Source of the DNA: Macrostomum lignano
Taxonomy: Eukaryota
Length of the DNA: 55,161 nucleotides
Direction of reading: 5' to 3'
NCBI GenBank assembly: GCA_002269645.1
Contig: NIVC01003494.1
Coordinates: 1-55,161, forward strand
Shown here: positions 1 to 14,300 of the stretch, one piece after another
How the letters are laid out: the number at the start of each line of letters is the position of its first letter
Position numbering within the stretch: position 1 is the first letter of the stretch
Made by a program: the position numbers and the translations under genes
Notes under the pieces: model-generated
What the model was told of the DNA's origin: nothing
What the model saw: the letters and a program-made list of their open reading frames with translations, nothing else
Databases searched by the model: none

Positions 1-216
1 TTAACAATAAACAGTAATAGCATAAAACTTGCATTATTCAAGCAATGAAATTTTGATAAAAAGCTGCATTTAAAAAAACCGATTACACAGGAACTCATGG
101 CTCATACGTAGCGAAAACGTAGGGTTGAGACGCAACAATATTGAATTAACTATATGAATAATATTGCATAGCGCACAACAGGTCAGATTAAAGAGCTTGG
201 ATTAATAAAGACAGTC

Positions 217-3200
217 TCACAGCTGATTAAGCGATAATTCAATTTTCAGGGCATCTCTCAGCAGGTGGTCTCGCAGGCTGCACAGAGCGTTGGTGAGCTC
301 GGCCTGTTGCTGCTGCTGCTGCTGCTGTTGCTGCTTCTGGTAGGCGGGGGCGCCCAGAAACGAGTCGTGCAGCTGCTGCGTAACGCTAGCGTTGGGCTTG
401 CAGTTGAGCTGGGCCGGAGTGGCCTGCCGGTCCCAGTCGCTCAGGTAGGCGCTGTTCGAGCGCAGCCGCTCGATGTACCTGGCGGTAGGGAGGGGCGGTT
501 CACCAATAATGGCACTCAGATTTGATAGTGGCACTCAGGATAGTTGGGAATGCCACTCGGATTTGATACTGGCACCCAGAATAGTTGAGAATGGCACTCT
601 GGATAGTTGAGAATGGCACTCTGGATAGTTGAGAATGGCACTCTGGATAGTTGAGAATGGCACTCTTGATAGTTGAGAATGGCACTCTGGATAGTTGAGA
701 ATGGCACTCTGGATAGTTGAGAATGGCACTCTGGATAGTTGAGAATGGCACTCTGGATAGTTGAGAATGGCACTCTGGATAGTTGAGAATGGCACTGTTG
801 ATAGTTGAGAATGGCACTCTGGATAGTTGAGAATGGCACTCAGGATAGTTGAGAATGGCACTGTTGACATTTGGAAATGGCACTTTGGATATTTGTGAAG
901 TTCACTCATGAAGGCACTCTGAAATTCGATTCCAAGAATGGCAAACAAGGCAATGGACAATGGCGCCCAATCAAAGCCTCCTAAAGAACCCTACCGTTTA
1001 TAGATCTCGCTGTGCAGAGCTCTGGTGGTCTTCGGCGGAGCGGCCACAAACACGGGCAGCTGAGGCGGCGGCTGCTGCTGTTGCTGCGGCTGCTGCATGG
1101 ACAGCATTGGCTGCTGTTGATGAGGCGGAAAACCATTAACGCCAGCTGGGCGATGCTGTTGCTGGTACTGCATCTGCTGCTGGGCCGGGCCAGAAACTGG
1201 GTAGAATGTGACACCCTGCTGCGGCTGCTGCGGCGGGTAGGCCATCTGCTGAGGGTACACCGGCTGCTGGCCCATAAACTGCTGCTGCTGCTGCTGAGGC
1301 ACCATAGGCTGCTGCTGATAGGCCGGCTGATACTGATGATGAGGCATCATGGGAGGCTGGGCTATCGGGTACTGCTGCTGCTGAGTCGGAGGCGACTGGC
1401 GACTGGAGCGCTGGCGGCGGCGGTGGCGGCGGCGGCGGCAGCGGCGGCGGCCTTCTCCGCCTCCATCTTGGCGCGGGTGTCGGCAGCTCGGCGCTCGTAG
1501 ACGTCCTTCTCCGACTGGGGCAGCTTGCGCCACTGGGGTGTCAGTGTTGATGGCAGGCGATTGATGGATGTCTGTTGCTTTAATACATAAAGAGCCCACT
1601 ACAACAAAATACCCTAACAGATCCCACAATACCCCAACAGATCCCACAATACACCAACAGATCACACAATACCCCAACAGATCCCAAAATACTCCAACAG
1701 ATCCAAAATACCCTAACAGATCCCAAAATACCCAACAGATCCCAAAATACCCCAACAGATCCCAAAATATCCCAACAGATCCCAAAATATCCCAACAGAT
1801 CCAAAATACCCCAACAGATCCCAAAATACCCAACAGATCCCAAAATACCCAACAGATCCCAAAATATCCCAACAGATCCCAAAATACCCCAATAGATCCC
1901 AAAATACTCCAACAGATCCCAAAATACCCCAACAGATTCCAAAATACCCAAAAGATCCCAAAATACTCCAACAGATATCAAAATGCTCCAGCAGACCCCA
2001 AAATACCCCAACAGATCCCAAAGTACCTCAACAGATCCCAAAATACCCCAACAGATTCCAAAATACCCCAACAGATTCCAAAATACTCCAACAGATCCCA
2101 AAGTATCCCAATAGATCCCAGAGTACCTCAACAGGTCGAAAATACTCCAGGATCCCAAAATTCTTTAAAGATCTACTGAAAAAAATCGTACAGATACTAG
2201 AATCCCACAGAAAAACAAATTGGGATACGAAATTAAAATGAAAAAATTAAAACCAAAAAATCGTTCAAACAAGCTGGCAGAACGCTCACCATCTGTCCGA
2301 CCTCGCGGCTGATGTCGCCAAACCCGGCGCCCTCGTTCTCCATCATGATGCGCTTGCGGACTTCGCTGGCGTACACGACATAGCCGCTGGGGCATTTCTT
2401 CTTCTTCTGCAATAGGGGGTGGTGAGGGAAACATGATGTAGTGGCCCAGCAACTGAGTATCTGGGAGGCTGGCCCAGCAACTGAGGATCTGGGAGGCTGG
2501 CACAGCAACTGAAGATCTGGGAGGCTGGCCCAGCAACTGAGGATCTGGGAGGCTGGATGGCCCAGCAACTGAGGATCTGGGAGGCTGGATGGCCCAGCAA
2601 CTGAGGATCTGGGAGGCTGGCCCAGCAACTGAGGATCTGGGAGGCTGGCCCAGCAACTGAGGATCTGGGAGGCTGGCTCAACGACTGAGGATCTGGAAGG
2701 CTGGCGGTGGCACAGAAATGAGGATCTGGGAGGCTGGATGGCCCAGCAACTGAGGATCTGGGAGGTTGGCTCAGTAACTGAGGATATGGGAGGCTGGTGG
2801 CCCAGCAACAGAGAATCAGAGGATCTGGGAGGCTGGCACAGAGAATCAGAGGATCTGGGAGGCTGGCACAGAGAATCAGAGGATCTGGGAGGCTGGCACA
2901 GAGAATCAGAGGATCTGGGAGGCTGGCACAGAGAATCAGAGGATCTGGGAGGCTGGCACAGAGAATCAGAGCTGGAGCTGCACAGAGAATCGAGGATCTG
3001 GGAGCTGGCACAGAGAATCAGAGGATCTGGGAGCTGGCACAGAGAATCAGAGGATCTGGACCTGGCACAGAGAATCAGAGGATCTGGGAGGCTGGCACAG
3101 AGAATCAGAGGATCTGGGAGGCTGGCACAGAGAATCAAAGGACACCTAAGCAAGTGTGCGTCACTCACAGACGAGGCGCCAGTCCTGTTATTCCTGCCGC

Positions 3201-6095
3201 CCTGCGGAGTGCCGGGAGTGGTGGGCACCTCGTCCATGGTGGTGCTGGTGGACATGCTGTCGCGGGTGTTGTCGTCGTCAAAGTTCAACGATCCGGCACC
3301 ATTGCCGCCGCCGCTGCTCAAGGCTGAGGAAGCTGCGGCAGCAGATGAGGCGGTCAGCTGGTCCATATCCAGGGGAGTCTGAGACGCTTCGTACAGCAGC
3401 GGCGTGACCGATTTTCTCGGCACTATTGGCTGCTTGAAAAAGTACACCTCGTCCTCGATAGTGCCTGGCTGATTGGTGAACTTTTTCAAACCCTTTCTCA
3501 ACTTCCTGATGGCTTTGTCCTCCAGGAAGTACTTGCTCTCGCAGATGTACACGTCGTCTTCGGCATACTCGGTTGGCCGGCATGCGGAGTAGTCAGCGAG
3601 CGAGAGGATGCAGCAACGGCCGAGCACAGAGGAGAGCATGTGAGTAGAGTGCTCAACACTGCACAGAAAGTACTCCTTGGCGTACAAGGTCATAGTGGGC
3701 AGGTGTTCAACATCTTTGGGCGGCAGGAACCAGGGACCGCTGAAGTAGACGCAGTTCTGTACCGTGTTGCGCCACAGCTTGTCCACCTGTTGATTGATGA
3801 ATGAGGGATGGAGAATGGTTTGTAAAAGGGTACTGCTGGCAGTAAAATGGGAAATATATTAATAGATAAGGAGAGAAGGTCATAAGAGACAGAGTAGATG
3901 AGGGTAAGACGGAGAGTAGATGAGGGTGAGACGGAGGTAAGAGACAGAGAGTAGATAAAGATGAAAAGGAGATAATAGACAGATTAGATTAGGTGAGAAG
4001 GAGATATGAGACAGAGAAGATGGGGTGAGAGGGAGATGAGAGACGGAGAGTAGATAAGGGTTAGAGGGAGATATAAGAGACGGAGAGTAGATAAGGGTTA
4101 GAGGGAGATAAGAGACGGAGAGTAGATGAGGGTGAGACGGAGATAAGAGACGGAGAGTAGATGAGGGTGAGAGAGAGATAAGAGACGGAGAGTAGATGAA
4201 GGTGAAAAGGGGATAAAGGACAGAGTAGATGAGGGTGAGAGCGAGATAAGAGACGGAGAGTAGATGAGGGTGAGAGGGAGAAAAGAGACGGAGAGTAGAT
4301 GAGGGTGAGAGGGAGATAAGAGACGGAGAGTAGATGAGGGTGAGAGGGAGAAAAGAGACGGAGAATAGATGAGGGTGAGAGGGAGATAAAAGACGGAGAG
4401 ACAGTGGATGAGGGTGAGAGGGAGATAAGAGACGGAGAGTAGATGAGGGTGAGAGGGAGATAAGAGACGGAGAGTAGATGAGGGTGAGAGGGAGATAAGA
4501 GACGGAGAGTAGATGAGGGTGAGAGGGAGAAAAGAGACGGAGAATAGATGAGGGTGAGAGGGAGATAAAAGACGGAGAGACAGTGGATGAGGGTGAGAGG
4601 GAGAAAAGAGACGGAGAGTAGATGAGGGTGAGAGGGAGATAAGAGACGGAGAGTAGATGAGGGTGAGAGGGAGATAAGAGACGGAGAGTAGATGAGGGTG
4701 AGAGGGAGAAAAGAGACGGAGAATAATGAGGGTGAGAGGGAGATAAAAGACGGAGAGACAGTGGATGAGGGTGAGAGGGAGAAAAGAGACGGAGAGTAGA
4801 TGAGGGTGAGAGGGAGTAAAAGACGGAGAGACAGTGGATGAGGGTGAGAGGGAGAAAAGAGACGGAGAGTAGATGAGGGTGAGAGGGAGATAAGAGACGG
4901 AGAGTAGATGAGGGTGAGAGGGAGAAAAGAGACGGAGAGTAGATGAGGGTGAGAGGGAGATGAGACAAAAGCGAAGCGAGCACGAGTCTCACCCTAACGA
5001 TGGTCCTGCCAGTGCCATCAACGCTGGGCACGTAGACAAAGTCACCCAGCCGAAGCCAGAGCCCGGAGTTGGGATCAGCCGCGTACTGATCGTAGGTGAT
5101 CAGGCCCTCAGTCTGGGACCGATCCTCCAGCACTACATTCTCCCGTAGCGACTCAATGATTGAGGTGGCGGTCGATCTTCATGCTTGGGCGCCTCGAAGA
5201 CGTAGGGCACCACGGCCATGCGGTGCAGACCGATTGGGCTGGGCCGCTTGTCGTTGGTGACACCGTCGGGACGGGGCGATGTCCAGCGCTGGATGCGAGA
5301 GAATGTGCGGGGGAATTGGGATTCCAATATACTCGTAGGTGAATTCGAAGTAAATTGATGCTTGTAATGATTGGGACTCGGGGAGAGGGGATTGGGACTA
5401 GGGGGAGAGGGGATTGGGACTCGGGGGACAGGGGATTGGGACTCAGGGGACAGGGGATTGGGACTCGGGGGACAGGGGATTGGTATTAGGGGGACAGGGG
5501 ATTGGGACTCAGGGGACAGGGGATTGGGACTCGGGGACAGGGGATTGGGACTCGGGGGACAGGGGATTGGTATTAGGGGGACAGGGGATTGGGACTAGGG
5601 GGACAGGGGATTAGTATTAGGGGGACAGGGGATTGGGACTCAGGGGACAGGGGATTGGGACTCGGGGACAGGGGATTGGGACTAGGGGGACAGGGGATTG
5701 GGACTCAGGGGACAGGGGATTGGGACTCAGGGGACAGGGGATTGGGACTCGGGGGACAGGGGATTGGGACTCAGGGGACAGGGACTCGGGGACAGGGGAT
5801 TGGGACTCGGGACAGGGGATTGGGACTCGGGGCAGGTGGTTATGACTCACCGTTATCTTCTGGAAGAAGCTGCGCTGGCCGGCACAGTATTGGAACTCGC
5901 AGGCGTACACATCCTTGAAGTCGAAGCCGCGAGGCATAAAATTTTCAAAATCTTTGATGCTCATAACCATGCACTTGCCAAGAATGCTATTGGCTGGCAC
6001 TGTTGCACGCTGGTCCGTTTTGAACACCTCCTGTGGTGTAGAGATGAATATTATAATAGGGCTGGATGGTTAAAGATAAATTAGATTAGATTGGA

Positions 6096-6186
<91 letters not shown>

Positions 6187-9100
6187 TACAGACAGACAGA
6201 CAGACAGACAGCACTCACATTAGGCAGGAATTTCCTATGCCTGCTGTGCACAGTCTGCTTGGGCTTCAGAAACCAGTTGACGCGAACCAGCAGGCGGCTT
6301 CCGCCACCGCCGCCCTCGCCGTTGGCGGATTCAGTCGGGCTGTTGGTCTCGCAGGCGAAGCCAACAACTTGACCAATTCGAACTTGGCCGGATTGGGACG
6401 GATCGGGGATCGGCTCCAAGGTCTGAAAAGAGATTTTAAAAGGGGAGAGGAATTTTGTGCAAGTTTGTTAAAAGCACTGGGGTGTCAGAAGGAGTATTTG
6501 GGTGTCAGAAGGAGTACTGGGATGTCAGAAGGAGTACTGGGATGTCAGAAGGAGTACTGGGGTGTCAGAAGGAACACTGGGGTGTCAGAAGGAGCACTGG
6601 GGTGTCAGGAGCACTGGGGTGTCAGAAGGAGCACTGGGGTGTCAGAAGGAGCACTGGGGTGTCAGAAGGAGTATTGGGGTGTCAGTAGGAGCACTGGGGT
6701 GTCAGAAGGAGCACTGGGGTGTCAGAAGGAACACTGGGGTGTCAGAAGGAGCACTGGGTGACAAAGAAATTGATTACCTGATCCTCATCCCTCACGTAGA
6801 CAAAATCGCTGACAAGCACTTTAACCCCGGCAGTGGTTTCAGCCTCCTTGATGTCGGTATTCGATTGAAAGCCGTCGTCAGTATCGACGGGAGCTTCAGC
6901 CGTCGAGTCCGTGGCAGATTTAGCGGCCTCAGATTTGAGCAATTCTTCCAGCATTTTGCAGGTGAAGCCGCTAGCTGGAGACTGCAGCGAGCCCGAGCTG
7001 CCCGTGGAATATTTCGACACGCACAGCATCGAGTCGCGAGTTCGAACAAAGAATCGCTGCAATTCGCAGGCGTCTTTATAAATCTGCGACTGACGCGACG
7101 GGGCGGCGGCTCGGATCCGAGCGAATGCGTCGAACAGGTCCTCCTGGAAGCGCTGGAATCGGCGATAGCGGCCTGACTGGACTCGGTGGAAAATCTCTTC
7201 CAGAGGAATGACTGGCCGGTCGCTGCTGCCGTCAGCGCTGGCCGCGCGATGGGATTCGTCGTAGAGCTCGTCGAATGAGTCCACTAGGAGGCGGCCGTCC
7301 TCGTCCTGGAATGGGATAACTAATCTCAGGTGATTCATAGCAATATCCCATAGCGGGATAACTAATCTCAGGTGATTGATAAAAATATCCCATAGCGGGA
7401 TAACTAATCCCAGGTGAGTCATATCAATATCCCATAGTGGAATAACTAATCCCATGTGATTCAAAACAAAATCCCATAATGGGATAACTAATCTCAGGTG
7501 AGTCATAACAATATCCCATAATGGGATAACTAATCCCAGGTGAGTCATAACAATATCCCATAGCGGGATAACTAATCCCAGGTGAGTCATAACAATATCT
7601 GATAGCGGGATAACTAATCCCAGGTGAGTCATAACAATATCCCATAATGGGATAACTAATCTCAGGTGAGTCATAACAATATCCGATAGCGGGATAACTA
7701 ATCCCAGGTGAGTCATAACAATATCCCATAGCATGATGACTAATCCCAGGTGAGTCATAACAATATCCTATAATGGGATAACTAATCCTCGGTGATTCAT
7801 AACAATATCCCATAGCGGGATAACTAATTCCAGGTAAGTCATAACAATATCCCATAATGGGATAACTAATCCCATGTGAGTCATAACAATATCCCATAGC
7901 GGGATAACTAATTCCAGGTGAGTCATAACAATATCCCATAGCGGGATAACTAATCCCATGTGATTCAAAACAATATCCCATAATATGATAACTAATCCCA
8001 TGTGATTCAAAACAATATCCCATAATATGATAACTAATCCCATGTGATTCAAAACAATATCCCATAATGGGATAACTAATCCCAGGTGATTCCAGGATAA
8101 GTACTCCAAACACGAATCCCGTCAGCTCACCGCATGATTCATAGTCTGAGTCAGCAGTCCCTTCATCACATCGCGAACAGCCGCCATCACGTCGGGCACC
8201 TCGGCAGCCGCGGGGTCTTCGTCCAATCGCAGCAGCCGACGCTTCTCCATGACAACCCGCAGCAACACCAGCGCATCCTGATAGATCTGCGATCCGGTCT
8301 CGTTGAACAGGCAGGCATTGTCGAACATGAGCTCAAAGTCTGCCAGCATATCGGCGGCCTGGGTGTACTTTCCCGAGCCCAGCTTGGACTGGATGCTGGT
8401 TAGATCTATCGGCTTCTTGATGAACTCGTAGTACTGCGGCAGCTCTTGCCGGGTGGGCAGGCGGGCGAACACCGATGAGAGAACGCGCCCGGAGACTGGG
8501 TCACGGTAGTCTCTGACGGTGTGGAACAGGTCCTGCAGACGGCGGGGCAGCGAGCTCGAAGAGCTGACGGCCGCCTGCTGAGCTGCGCTGGTTGAAGACC
8601 TTCGATGAGAGAGATGATGGGAGATAAATTCGAATGAGCAGATGTTGAAGGTTAATGAGCACAGATGACCTTCAGTGAGAACAGATGAGCACAGATGACC
8701 TTCAATGAGCACAGATGACCTTCAGTGAGAACAGATGACCTTCAATGAGCACAGATGACCTTCAGTGAGAACAGATGACCTTCAATGAGCACAGATGACC
8801 TTCAGTGAGAACAGATGAGCACAGATGACCTTCAGTGAGAACAGATGAGCACAGATGACCTTAAATGAGCACAGATGACCTTCAGTGAGAACAGATGACC
8901 TTTAATGAGCACAGATGATCATCAATGAGCACAGATAAGCATAGATGAGGATAGATGACCTTCAATGAGCACAGATGACCTTCAATGAGCAGGAATAAGG
9001 GTCAATGAGCACTGAGAGAGATGAGGGTCAGGTGAGTTAGGGCGCTTAGTCTTGTTATAATTAGCAGTAATTAGATTGGCCGTTGAGAATCGCCAGCAAT

Positions 9101-11186
9101 GCTTATACGGTTTATATTAAACATTTACTACTGCAAGTAAGCAATTCGAGAGTGAAAAAGAGGAGTGAATTAAAACAAACACAATATTTACACGTATGAT
9201 AAAAAGTATACACAATATGTAGTGAAAAAGGTTAGTAAAATTAAAGATTTTTGTTTAATTGAAGTTGTTTTCATGCCGCAGAGAGTAATGATTTGCTAAA
9301 AAACAGTAATAAACTCACGTGATTGAGACATCCGTGGCGCTGGAATATTATTGAATTGTAAAAAATTGTTTCTCTGATAGCAATAAGGGTACCATAGTAA
9401 AATTATAATAATCAATATTTACAGGCAACAGCCACTGACTAAAAAGCTAAAATATAAGAAGACAGTTCAAGCACTACATCAATGACATGCAACGGGGGTC
9501 GAAATTGCCAGGCGAAAGCAAAAAGAAAGTAGCGTTGGATGAGAAGCTAAGGTGCCATTTTAAGGCTGTTTAAGGGCGATTCTTCAGGCTGTTTAAGGGC
9601 GATTCTTCAGGCTGTTTAAGGGCAATTCTTCAGGCTGTTTAAGGGCGATTCTTATGGCTGTTTAAGGGCGATTCTTTGGGATGTTTAAGGGCGATTCATC
9701 AGGCTGTTTAAGGGCGATTCTTCAGGCTGTTTAAGGGCGATTCATCAGGCTGTTTAAGGGCGATTCTTCAGGCTGTTTAAGGGCGATTCTTATGGCTGTT
9801 TAAGGGCAATTCTTCGGGCTGTTTAAGGGCGATTCTTATGGCTGTTTAAGGGCGATTCTTTGGGATGTTTAAGGGCGATTCTTATGGCTGTTTAAGGGCG
9901 ATTCTTTGGGATGTTTAAGGGCGATTCTTATGGCTGTTTAAGGGCGATTCTTTGGGATGTTTAAGGGCGATTCTTATGGCTGTTTAAGGGCGATTCTTTG
10001 GGATGTTTAAGGGCGATTCTTATGGCTGTTTAAGGGCGATTCTTTGGGATGTTTAAGGGCGATTCTTATGGCTGTTTAAGGGCGATTCTTATGGCTGTTT
10101 AAGGGCGATTCTTATGGCTGTTTAAGGGCGATTTTTATGGCTGCTTAAGGACGATTCTTCAGGCTGTTTAAGGGCGATTCTTATGGCTGCTTAAGGACGA
10201 TTCTTCAGGCTGTTTAAGGGCGATTCTTATGGCTGCTTAAGGACGATTCTTCAGGCTGTTTAAGGGCGATTCTTATGGCTGCTTAAGGACGATTCTTCAG
10301 GCTGTTTAAGGGCGATTCTTATGGCTGCTTAAGGACGATTCTTCAGGCTGTTTAAGGACGATTCTTCAGGCTGTTTAAGGGCGATTCTTTGGGCTGTTTA
10401 AGGTGGACATCATTATTGAGACAAAGAAATGACGCTGAAGCATACTGGGAGGCAAGCCTGGCCGGGGCGTCTGACTGTAAATGAAAAACAGTAGACGGCA
10501 CCAACCTTTTCTTCAGTCTGGGAGTCGAACCAGGGCCCGAACCTGCTCCGCCGGGCCCGCCGCCGCTGGCATTAACAACCGGGCCCAGATTTTTAATCTT
10601 CTTTTTCAGCAGCTTCTCCAAATAGATGGCGTCCTGATGCACCTGGGACTTCTCCTCGTTGAAGTGCTTGGCATTTGCAAACATCAGCTTCAGATCGCTG
10701 ACCAGCTGATGGTGTGTCTCATATTTTCTAGCATCAATTTTAGCTCGAATAATGGTCAGATCGATCGGTTCGGGAATCACTTCGTAGTACATTGGGTACT
10801 CATTTTTTGGCGGCAGTTTAACAAAGATTTCCCGCAACAGCCTGCCAGTGCCCTCTTCTGTTGCATTGTAGACGTGGCCATAGAGGTTGTTCAGCCGGCG
10901 CTGGAGCACCTCCTGAGGGTCCGGGGCCGCCCGTTTGCGCTTCTCACCAGTTGATGGCGGCTGCTGCTGCTGAGTTGGCGTGTGAGTCATTGAGAACTGC
11001 GGATGCTGAGGCTGCTGCTGATGGTGCAGCATCATGGAGGCCGATGCTGAGGATGAGCCCATGCTGTCTTCGTTCTGTTGAAGAAGGATTTGGTAATGAG
11101 ACACTGAGTGGGGGCATTGTAGAGAGTGCATTGCGCACAGTAGCTTTCGCTTGTGGGGCCTTACTGGGCGATATGGACAGGCTGGA

Positions 11187-11269
<83 letters not shown>

Positions 11270-11295
11270 CAGACAGACAGACACAGATAAACAGA

Positions 11296-11355
<60 letters not shown>

Positions 11356-14300
11356 CAGACAGACCAGACAGACACAGATAAACAGACACAGACGGACAGA
11401 CAGACAGACAGGCAGGTATAAACAGACAGACAGACAGACACACAGACACACAGACAGACACACAGACAGACAGGTACAGAAAAATTGCAACCAAAAAGAG
11501 GATGCCAGTGCTAAAATGCCACCCACAGTGACGTCATCATGCCATTATTAGTATTAAACAAAAACACAGACAAAAGCTCTACAAGGCATATGCAGCTGGT
11601 ACTGAGCCAAACAGAGTCCCAGGGACGCTTCTGGCAAACCGGAACACGTGCTTCAGTTAATGGATAGATAAAAAACTTATATCGACCTGTCAAGCCCCAC
11701 CGCATTGCAAGACATGAATAGTTAAGCAAGAGTCTGACTCACAGCATAGCCACCAGATAGTTCACACCAATAATACACACAATAGCATGCATTGTGTAAC
11801 TAATTGAAAATAATGGCGGCATTCTATATATTCAACAAGTACTTTTAACTTTAACGGCGAATCGCTATTCGACGACAAGATGGAATTTGGACAGGCAGAA
11901 AGGCCTCGAGGGCTCAAAGCCATCATGAGAAGGCTGGGTTGCTGCTGTTCCTGCTTTTGCAAAGAAGCAACGGCAACAGAGCAGGACAAAGGAGAAGTTT
12001 CTGAGTTGGTGTTGGCCTGACATTTCAAGAAAAAATGCGTAAATATAAATTATAATTAATAATGTTATAAAAGTATGCGGATCCAAAATATAGTTGACAT
12101 CTGATATTACTTACAGTAAACACTAATTTTTGCGTCAAGTCATAGCGATTCTCAGGGACAGTTCAGGGTGATTCTCAGGAACAGTTCAGGGCGATTCTCA
12201 GGAACAGTTCAGGGCGATTCTCAGGAACAGTTCAGGGTGATTCTCAGGAACAGTCCAGGGCGATTCCTAGGGACAGTTCATGGTGATTCTCAGGGATAGT
12301 TCAGGGCGATTCTCAGGAACAGTTCAGGGTGATTCTCAGGGACAGTTCAGGGCGATTCCTAGGGACAGTTCATGGTGATTCTCAGGGATAGTTCAGGGCG
12401 ATTCTCAGGAACAGTTCAGGGCGATTCTCAGGGACAGTTCATGGTGATTCTCAGGGAAGGTTCAGGGTGATTCTCAGGGACAGTTCATGGTGATTTTCAG
12501 GGACAGTTCAGGGCGATTCTCAGGAACAGTTCCGGGTGATTCTCAGGGACAGTTCAGGGCGATTCCCAGGAACAGTTCATGGTGATTCTCAGGGATAGTT
12601 CAGGGCGATTCTCAGGGATAGTTCAGGGCGATTCTCAGGAACAGTTCAGGGCGATTCTCAGGATCAGTTCAGGGCAATTCTCAGAGACAGTTCAGGGTGA
12701 TTTTCAGGAATAGTTCAGGGCAATTCTCAGGGATAGTTCAGGGCGATTCTCAGGGATAGTTCAGGGCGATTCTCAGGGTTACTACAGGGCGATTCTCAGG
12801 GACAGTTCAGGGCGATTATTTACGGCGAATTTTAGTTATTTAAAGGACAAAGACTGAACCCACCAACAACAGGTCAAGAAGCTCACATTAAACAGGCTCT
12901 GCTGCGGAAAAAGCGAATTAACCAGTTTCTGCGGCAGCAGCGGTTTCAAATCGTCGCTACCCGAACCACCCCCAGCGGCGGCCTCCGCACCCGAGGAGCT
13001 GCTGGCCAATCCGCACAGCTCGTCCCGTTTGGCTCTCGCTAATTTTTGCAGCCTAGCGGCATCCTTGTGTATCTTGCTCTCCTCAATGTTGTACTGCCTG
13101 GCATTGTTGAATACCAAGTTGAGAGCCTCAAACATGGCGTCCAAGTTCGGATAGAAGCGACGGCGAATTCGGGAGCGAACTTGCAGCAGCGACAGCGGGT
13201 TCTTGATGTCTTCGTAGTAGTCCGGGTAGAGGCTAAAGCAGGTTTAGGTGTTACTCTATAATTCTTTCTAAATATATACTCGTAGTTTAAGACTTCAAAC
13301 TTTGCAGTGTTCACTAATGTACTAGACCATTGTAATGCCTATTGAGATTATACAAAAACCTAATTACATTAGACATACGCCTAATTACATTAAACATACG
13401 CCTAATTACATTAAAGATACGCCTAATTACATTAGATCTACGCCTGATTACATTAGACACACGCCTGATTACATTAGACACACGCCTGATTACATTAGAC
13501 ACACGCCTAATTACATTAGATATACGCCTATACGTCTAATATATACGTCTAATTACATTAGACATACGCCTAATTACATTAGATATACGACTAATTACAT
13601 TAAAGATACGCCTAATTACATTAGACACACGCCTAAGCACATTAGACATACGGCTAATTACATTAAACATACACCTAATTACATTAGACATACACCTAAT
13701 CACACTAGAGATACGCCTGATTACATTAAAGAAACCACCAAACTCACCGCTTCTGCGGCAGTCTAAGAAAGGGTTCGGCCAAATTCTGGCCCTGACTATT
13801 GCGGTAGCTGACAACAAAGGTGAACAGACGAATCTGAGTCGACCTGGGATCGTCTGGCGAGTAGGTCTCGTCCTCTTCTGTGCGGTGCGGAGTTCGATTC
13901 CAATTTAGATAAAAACGAAGGCTGCATTGAAATGATAAAAAACTGAACAGATTTAATTCTTTAGAATTGTAAACATTTTTTGATTTTGCACTTACATTTT
14001 TAGAAAATTAAATGTTTTACTGACTTACTCATAGTAGCTTAATCAGCATGTTTTTGCATTAAACAATAAAAATAAACTTCATGAGAGTAAACTAAAAACT
14101 ACAATTTACGAGTACGAACCCCAACCCAAAAGCGCGTTGAATTACAGTAAAACAAAAAATACTTAATACTTTAAACGTTTTTAACTCAAACAAAAATTTG
14201 AAGCAAAGTACAAAAAAGAGCAGTGCCTTGATTGGGGCTCAATAGCCTAATAAAGATGCTATTCTTGCACACTGTAGCGGATTGCCTCTCCGGCGGTCGT

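Noticed and set aside
11075-11181. Longer PBRM1 exon starting at the acceptor near 11182
   Set aside because: Its phase does not match the phase-0 upstream donors; the acceptor at 11075 does. Not excluded as an alternative.
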